From contig CAYZHZ010000002.1 of assembly GCA_964477625.1 (NCBI GenBank), positions 11,444 through 75,443 on the forward strand: DNA of 64,000 bases. Direction: 5' to 3'. A program made the position numbers and the translations under genes. Under the pieces are notes generated by a model, which did not search any database, was not told the origin of the DNA, and saw nothing but the letters and a program-made list of their open reading frames with translations. The DNA comes from an uncultured Salinibacterium sp. Its GTDB lineage: Bacteria > Actinomycetota > Actinomycetes > Actinomycetales > Microbacteriaceae. Positions 58,648-64,000 of the stretch are shown here, one piece after another. Position 1 is the first letter of the stretch. Every line of letters starts with the position of its first letter.

Positions 58648-59706
58648 ATGAGAGCTGCACGCGTCGAGGCGAGAAGGAGTGCGGCTATCCGCAAGCGGAT
58701 CACGTTCACGGACGTCAGCGCTAGGGCCGGGGTCTCGCGCTCCACGGTCTCCTTGGTCATCAACGGGCACAGCTCCATCCCCGAGGCAACCCGAACACGC
58801 GTTCTCGACGCGATGAGCGAGCTCGGTTACGTCTACAACCGAACTGCGGCGTCGCTGCGAACGCGGAGAGCTACGTCAGTGGCGCTCATCGCAACTGAGG
58901 TCGGCAACTCCTACTTCGCCCAAATGGTTACTTCTTTGGAAGACCGCCTTGGGCCATCGGATATCGCCGTCGTCGTCGGTTACAGTCGAGACGATGCCGA
59001 GCGGGAGAAGCAACTGCTGCGGGCATTCATAGAGAATGGCGTTGACGGGGTCATTCTTCTCCCCGCTTGGCAATCCGACTTGTCGAGCGTGACTGCCATG
59101 GCCGCAGCTGCCCAAACACCACTCATCACGATCGCTCGTTCGAACACGCCGACCGATGAAGCGCCATCCGTCACCACCGACAATCTTCTGGCTGGAGAGC
59201 TTCTGGGGCGGCATCTGGGCGACCTGGGAGCGACCAACGTTGCTTTCGTTGGGGGTCGCGCGGACGGTTCCACGGCGGCAGATCGCTACGCCGGGGTGTC
59301 GACCGGCTTACCCAAGGGCGCCAGAATCCGACACTTCGAGACCCCCGTGACCTCGAGGGGCGGGGCGTTGGGCACCGATGCTGCCCTGGCCGAGCTGGCA
59401 ATGCCGCAGGCCATCGTGGCCCTGAGCGACACCGTGGCTGTCGGGGTTTTTGCAGCTTTGAGGAATCAGGGGCTCGAGCCCGGTCGCGACATCGCGGTTG
59501 CGAGCTTCGACAACACGCCTGATGCCGAGTACCAAGTGCCGGCACTCACCAGCGTCGCGACGTTCCCGGACCGAATAGCCGAGCGGTGCGCCGACAGGCT
59601 CCTTGCACACATTGACGGTTCGTCCGTGGCGGCGGGAAGTGAACTTGTGGAACCCCGACTCAGCGTCAGGGAATCCACATCAGCCTGGAGCGCGTCGGGC
59701 GGATGA
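58648..59706 (+). CDS. LacI-family transcriptional regulator
   Basis: ITFTDVSARAGVSRSTVSLVIN; GRDIAVASFDN; PALTSV. Confidence 0.93.
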   Translation: MRAARVEARRSAAIRKRITFTDVSARAGVSRSTVSLVINGHSSIPEATRTRVLDAMSELGYVYNRTAASLRTRRATSVALIATEVGNSYFAQMVTSLEDRLGPSDIAVVVGYSRDDAEREKQLLRAFIENGVDGVILLPAWQSDLSSVTAMAAAAQTPLITIARSNTPTDEAPSVTTDNLLAGELLGRHLGDLGATNVAFVGGRADGSTAADRYAGVSTGLPKGARIRHFETPVTSRGGALGTDAALAELAMPQAIVALSDTVAVGVFAALRNQGLEPGRDIAVASFDNTPDAEYQVPALTSVATFPDRIAERCADRLLAHIDGSSVAAGSELVEPRLSVRESTSAWSASGG

Positions 59707-59713
59707 CCGCAAC

Positions 59714-60013
59714 TCAGACCGCGAGATCGAACACTGTGACCTTGATTGCACCGGCCTTGATGTGCTCCCCAAACTCGAGGTGCGCGGGGTGGGGAAGGTA
59801 GGCATCCCGCGCAGCGCCGCTCTCGAACTCGACGAGCAGTCCGTAGTTGTGTTCCTGTTCCAGCCCCTCGGGGCTTACGCTCGGACCTTCCTCGAGCCGC
59901 ACGATTCCGGAAATTCGCGATTCCATTCGCCTCGCCGCAATTCGCGCAACGCTCAGGGCGGTGTCGCTCAAGTCCGGACGCCACTGAACAAGCACCATGT
60001 GCACGACGGCCAC
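59714..60013 (-). CDS. Dabb (stress-responsive A/B barrel) protein
   Basis: HMVLVQW, GPSVSPEG, AYLPHPAH. Confidence 0.85.
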   Translation of the reverse strand: MAVVHMVLVQWRPDLSDTALSVARIAARRMESRISGIVRLEEGPSVSPEGLEQEHNYGLLVEFESGAARDAYLPHPAHLEFGEHIKAGAIKVTVFDLAV

Positions 60014-60954
60014 TAAACAATCCTCTCTCCGGCGCTAGCCAGATCTCTTGCGGCCGCTTCCACGATCTTCTGAAGCCGGAGTCCATAATGCACGTCAAGC
60101 GGATGCGGTACTCGGGTTCTCACCGCGCTCGCGAACTCCGCGCGGAGCGTGTCGAATGCCTCGGCATGGCCGAGCGGGCGATTGCCCTTCAGAAGGATCT
60201 CGCCGTACACATCACCCATCGCCCGGGTGACATCGAGCGAGCGCGTCGTCTCGTCGTTGTAAAGGTCGATCTCGATGCGAAGAGGATCAGTAGCCGTGTG
60301 CGAGCAGAGCGACACCTGCGAGGTGGCACCGTTCTCGTGCTCGAGCGTGATTGCAGTCCAATGGCGGGAGCCGTGGGTTGCCCGCACAGCGACGATCGGA
60401 CCGATTGTCGCGTCGAGGAGGTCGATCGCGTGGGGGCCAATGTCCAGGAGGGAACCGCTCGCCAGACGCCATTCTGTGGCAAACGGACCGCCCAGGTACG
60501 CGTTGGTGAGAAACAGAGAGCGCCCGCCGTGAAACTCGATCGATGAGACATCGTCGATGAACTCACGTACCCCACGCGCAAAGCGGTAGGTGAGTGTCAC
60601 CACGGATGTGACGCCGGCCTCGCCGATCGCGTCCGCGACACGTTCCGCGTCAGCAAACGACTCCGCGACGGGCTTCTCGAGGAGCACAGCCTTGCCCGCG
60701 CGCGCTGCACGGATGGCATACTCGGCCTGCACGTGGGGAGGCACTGCGAAGGCGACGGCCTCGCTGTGCTCGAGAAGCTCCTCAAACGTCGAGAACACGG
60801 GAACCCCGAGCCGTGACGCCAAGACCGCAGCGGCCTCCGGTCGTCGGGCCCAGATTCCGCTGAGTTCTGTTTCGGGTCCCGCGGAGAGCATCGGGCCGTG
60901 AACCATTTCGGACCAGGGTCCCGCTCCGACCAATCCCACCTTTAGTGCGTTCAT
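60013..60954 (-). CDS. Gfo/Idh/MocA-family oxidoreductase
   Basis: VGLVGAGPW, AVPP, LLEKP, LLDIGPHAID. Confidence 0.92.
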   Translation of the reverse strand: MNALKVGLVGAGPWSEMVHGPMLSAGPETELSGIWARRPEAAAVLASRLGVPVFSTFEELLEHSEAVAFAVPPHVQAEYAIRAARAGKAVLLEKPVAESFADAERVADAIGEAGVTSVVTLTYRFARGVREFIDDVSSIEFHGGRSLFLTNAYLGGPFATEWRLASGSLLDIGPHAIDLLDATIGPIVAVRATHGSRHWTAITLEHENGATSQVSLCSHTATDPLRIEIDLYNDETTRSLDVTRAMGDVYGEILLKGNRPLGHAEAFDTLRAEFASAVRTRVPHPLDVHYGLRLQKIVEAAARDLASAGERIV

Positions 60955-62573
60955 TTCTGCTTCTCCCCCCCTAGCCGATCCGAGATCTCTGGCGCTTTGC
61001 CCGTAATCGAGGCGAGCAGGCTCGCTCGATCGAAGGAGGAGACCGGCTTTGGCGCGGACGCCAACCCATCCTTCATCAGGATTATGGTGTCCGAAAGCCG
61101 GAGCAACTCGGTCAGGTCGTCCGACACCAAAAGCACGGCGACGCCGCTTGAGGTCAGAAGGTCGATCTGGTCGTACAGCTCGACGGTCGCCCCTACATCC
61201 ACCCCAGCGGTTGGCTGGTCGAGGATCAACACTGCGGCCTCGGCGGCGGTGGCACGCGCAAACAATGCTTTCTGCTGATTGCCGCCGCTTAGAGAACTGA
61301 TCTCCACCCCTGCGGCCTTCGGCCGCACGGCGAACCGATCGATCATCTGTTCGACTAGCAAGCGGCGCTTCTTGGCACGTATGAATCCTCCGATGGAGAG
61401 ATCGCGATCGAGCGCCGCGATGGCGATGTTCTCGGCGACCGACCTCACCGCGAGGATGCCCTGGGTCTTGCGGGCAGCCGGCAGCATCAGGATGCCCGCT
61501 GCCAGTGCTGCGCGGGGGTGGCGGGGCAGCCCCGAGTAGCTGCCGATGTGCAGGCGCCCGCCGCGCCGGGCCGGGCGGTTGCCCACGATGGCATCGACCA
61601 TCTCGGTGCGACCCGATCCCTGCAGGCCCGCGAATCCGATCACCTCTCCGCGGTGGAGTGTAAAGCTGACGGGCTTGACGAGGTCGTCGACGCTGAGATC
61701 GTCGACCTTTAGGGCGACGACTCGCTCGCCTTCGGCGCCCTCGAGGTTCTGTCGCGTGCTGATCTCGATCTCGCGGAACTTGTCGCCGACCATGAGTCTG
61801 GCAAGCTGGGGGAGGTCGAGGTTGTCCAGCGTGTCGCACGCGACGAGGTGGCCATCCCGCAAGACGGTGACCCTGGAGGCGACGGAGAAGATCTCCTCGA
61901 GGAAGTGCGAGATGTAGATGACACCCACGCCGCGAGCGGAGAGGCCGCGAATGATGCCGAACAGGCGATCGCGTTCCTTGGACGAAAGGCGGGCAGTGGG
62001 CTCGTCCATGACGAGCACCCGGGCCTGCCGAGCGACAGCCTTGACAATCTCCGTGAGCTGCTGGTCGGCGACGCCGAGTTCGCCCACGGGCGTATCCATG
62101 GGAAGGTCGATTCCCAGGTCTGTGGCCTCCTTCGCGGATCGCGCACGCAGCGCCCGGTGGCTGATCGACCCGGGCGCTCCCGTGCCGGGTTCGCGACCGA
62201 GGGCGATGTTCTCCGCAACCGTCAGGTCGGGGGCCAGCGCGAACTCCTGATAGATCACTGCCACACCGGCGGCGAGGGCCGCGCGAGGCGAGCGCATGCT
62301 CACCACGTCGCCCTCGAGCTCGATGACTCCGCCGTGGTCGGGGTAGAGCCCCGCCAGGATCTTCATGAGGGTCGACTTGCCGGCGCCGTTCTCGCCAACC
62401 AGCGCGTGCACCTCGCCGCGCATCAGCCGGAAGTCGACGTCGTGCAGCACGCGGCCGCCCGGGAAGTCCTTGGTGATGTCCCTCATGTCGAGGAGTGCGG
62501 GAGCGCCTCCCCGGGCGTTGGCCTGCGCCGAACGCCCGGGGAGTGCCGGGACATTGTTGGATGTGACGTCCAC
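60951..62573 (-). CDS. Sugar ABC transporter ATP-binding protein
   Basis: GENGAGKST, MDEPT, LSGGNQQK. Confidence 0.95.
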   Translation of the reverse strand: MDVTSNNVPALPGRSAQANARGGAPALLDMRDITKDFPGGRVLHDVDFRLMRGEVHALVGENGAGKSTLMKILAGLYPDHGGVIELEGDVVSMRSPRAALAAGVAVIYQEFALAPDLTVAENIALGREPGTGAPGSISHRALRARSAKEATDLGIDLPMDTPVGELGVADQQLTEIVKAVARQARVLVMDEPTARLSSKERDRLFGIIRGLSARGVGVIYISHFLEEIFSVASRVTVLRDGHLVACDTLDNLDLPQLARLMVGDKFREIEISTRQNLEGAEGERVVALKVDDLSVDDLVKPVSFTLHRGEVIGFAGLQGSGRTEMVDAIVGNRPARRGGRLHIGSYSGLPRHPRAALAAGILMLPAARKTQGILAVRSVAENIAIAALDRDLSIGGFIRAKKRRLLVEQMIDRFAVRPKAAGVEISSLSGGNQQKALFARATAAEAAVLILDQPTAGVDVGATVELYDQIDLLTSSGVAVLLVSDDLTELLRLSDTIILMKDGLASAPKPVSSFDRASLLASITGKAPEISDRLGGEKQK

Positions 62574-62619
62574 TGTCTCCGAGTTTCTCAATCGTTGGTT
62601 GTGGTGAGAGGCTTCGAAC

Positions 62620-63591
62620 CTAGTAGGGCTCGATGTCGCCGATGTTGTCCTTCGTGACGACGATGTTCTCGCTGTAGTCACGCGGCTGGGGAACTTTGTC
62701 CTTGTCGCCCTTGAGCCAGTTCACGGCATCCTCGACCGACTTGTAGCCCTGGTCGTACGGATCCTGCCAGATCGCCATGTCGATGACGCCGGACTCGATG
62801 GCCGGTGCCACCGCCTTGGGGATGTCGCCCACGATCCAGCGCACGTCGTCGCGACCGTTCTCTGCAGCCCACTGTGCGGGAGCCACACCCTCTGGGCCCT
62901 GGTCGACGATGAGGTCGATCTCGCCCTTGCCGAACCGGTTCAGGAAGTCCTGACCGACTGCGAGCGCCTGGCCGTTGTCCCAGTTGGCGGTCTGCTCGGC
63001 CAGGATCTCGACGTCGGGGCACTCGGACGCGATCGTGTCGTTGAGTCCCGACTGGCGGTCGAGCTGCGGCGACGTGCCTAGGATGCCGAGGATGACCGCG
63101 ATCTTCCCCTTGCCGCCTAGCAGGTCGCAGACGGCCTGGCCCATGGTCTGGCCGAACGTGACGTTGTCCGAGCCGACATAGGTCACAACTTTGTCGTCTT
63201 CGATGACGGTGTTGTTGGCGATGATCGGAATGCCGGCGTCGTGCGCGGCCTGGAGCGAGGGAACGATGCCTTTACCATCGCTAGTGGTGACGACGAGGGC
63301 ATCCTTGCCCTGGGCGACGAACTGCTGGATGATCGCGATCTGCTGGGCGAGGTCGCCCTGTCCGTTCTGCACGTCGATGGTCACACCGAGATCCTCGGCA
63401 GCCTGCTTCTCACCCTCGATCATGGGCGTGTAGTACGGGATTGTCGTGTCGGCTACCAATACGCCGATATCGAAACTGTCATCGCCGGCATCTCCGCCGC
63501 CGCTCGCGGGCGTGGAACACGCCGCGACCGACAGGGCAACCGCTGTGCAGATTCCGAGCACGCCGATGCGCCGTGTGATCTGTGTTGTCAT
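62620..63591 (-). CDS. Sugar ABC substrate-binding lipoprotein (RbsB-like)
   Basis: Lipobox VAAC; YVGSDN; QTANWD; WQDPY. Confidence 0.92.
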   Translation of the reverse strand: MTTQITRRIGVLGICTAVALSVAACSTPASGGGDAGDDSFDIGVLVADTTIPYYTPMIEGEKQAAEDLGVTIDVQNGQGDLAQQIAIIQQFVAQGKDALVVTTSDGKGIVPSLQAAHDAGIPIIANNTVIEDDKVVTYVGSDNVTFGQTMGQAVCDLLGGKGKIAVILGILGTSPQLDRQSGLNDTIASECPDVEILAEQTANWDNGQALAVGQDFLNRFGKGEIDLIVDQGPEGVAPAQWAAENGRDDVRWIVGDIPKAVAPAIESGVIDMAIWQDPYDQGYKSVEDAVNWLKGDKDKVPQPRDYSENIVVTKDNIGDIEPY

Positions 63592-64000
63592 GCCATACCT
63601 CCAACTGACTTCCTCTGATAACTGTCAACCCCGACGGCGAGCAGGACTACTGCTCCCGTGACCGCAGGCTGCCAATACGGCGAGACGCCGTAAAGATTGA
63701 GGGCGTTGGCCAGCACCCCCAGGAGGAGCGTGCCGATCACCGCCGATTGAACGCCGCCGGTGCCACCGCGCAGCGGCGTTCCGCCCACCACCACTGCGGC
63801 GATCGCCGTGAGAGGCCAGCTGACACCCGCGGTGGGCTGCCCGATACTCGTCTGGCCCAGGAGCACAAGACCTGCGAGAGCCGCGAGCACGCCGCCGACG
63901 ATGAACGTGAAGAGCAGCACGCGCTCGACGGGCACGCCGGCGAGGCGGCTCGCCTCACGGCTCGACCCGACGGCGTAGACGTAGTGGCCGATCTTGGTCC
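63588..64000 (-). CDS. Sugar ABC permease; 5' end lies outside the window
   Basis: GHYVYAVGSSREASRLAGV, AIAAVVVGGT, YWQPAVTGAV. Confidence 0.92.
   Translation of the reverse strand, partial: TKIGHYVYAVGSSREASRLAGVPVERVLLFTFIVGGVLAALAGLVLLGQTSIGQPTAGVSWPLTAIAAVVVGGTPLRGGTGGVQSAVIGTLLLGVLANALNLYGVSPYWQPAVTGAVVLLAVGVDSYQRKSVGGMA

Noticed and set aside
60013-61839. 608-aa fusion ORF ending in the Gfo/Idh/MocA domain, and similar extended ORFs over ligA, ligB, fdxA and DUF488
   Set aside because: The extensions are alternative frames of the upstream genes; real starts overlap the upstream stops.

Overview
High-GC actinobacterial DNA, most likely Microbacteriaceae (inferred from protein style, frequent leaderless TANNNT promoters and REP-like GGTTGAGTAG...CGTATCGAAACC elements). 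The window is mostly accessory catabolism. (1) 1-10.7 kb: sugar cluster with a YihV-like kinase, YihT-like aldolase, IolC, cyclase-family hydrolase, ABC transporter and three regulators. (2) 10.9-15.7 kb: polyol (mannitol/sorbitol) genes. (3) GH127 plus two dehydrogenases and LacI. (4) Divergent rimB-like/rimK pair. (5) P1B-5 ATPase divergent from a group III truncated hemoglobin, HTH regulator, 7Fe ferredoxin and DUF488. (6) 11-kb peptide-ABC catabolic operon with a signal-less binding protein and a non-canonical amidohydrolase. (7) HTH-MNT/HEPN pair. (8) A 3' fragment of tRNA-Ser(GCT) that looks like an att site bounding an island running off the right end; it carries a complete protocatechuate 4,5-cleavage operon (ligKUJIABC), redox genes and a sugar ABC transporter. 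Several recombination scars are visible: a decapitated operon, a nitrilase tail, a truncated GntR and a degenerate duplicated gene end. No CRISPR, rRNA, transposase or integrase was recognised. All family calls come from motif recognition, not database searches.
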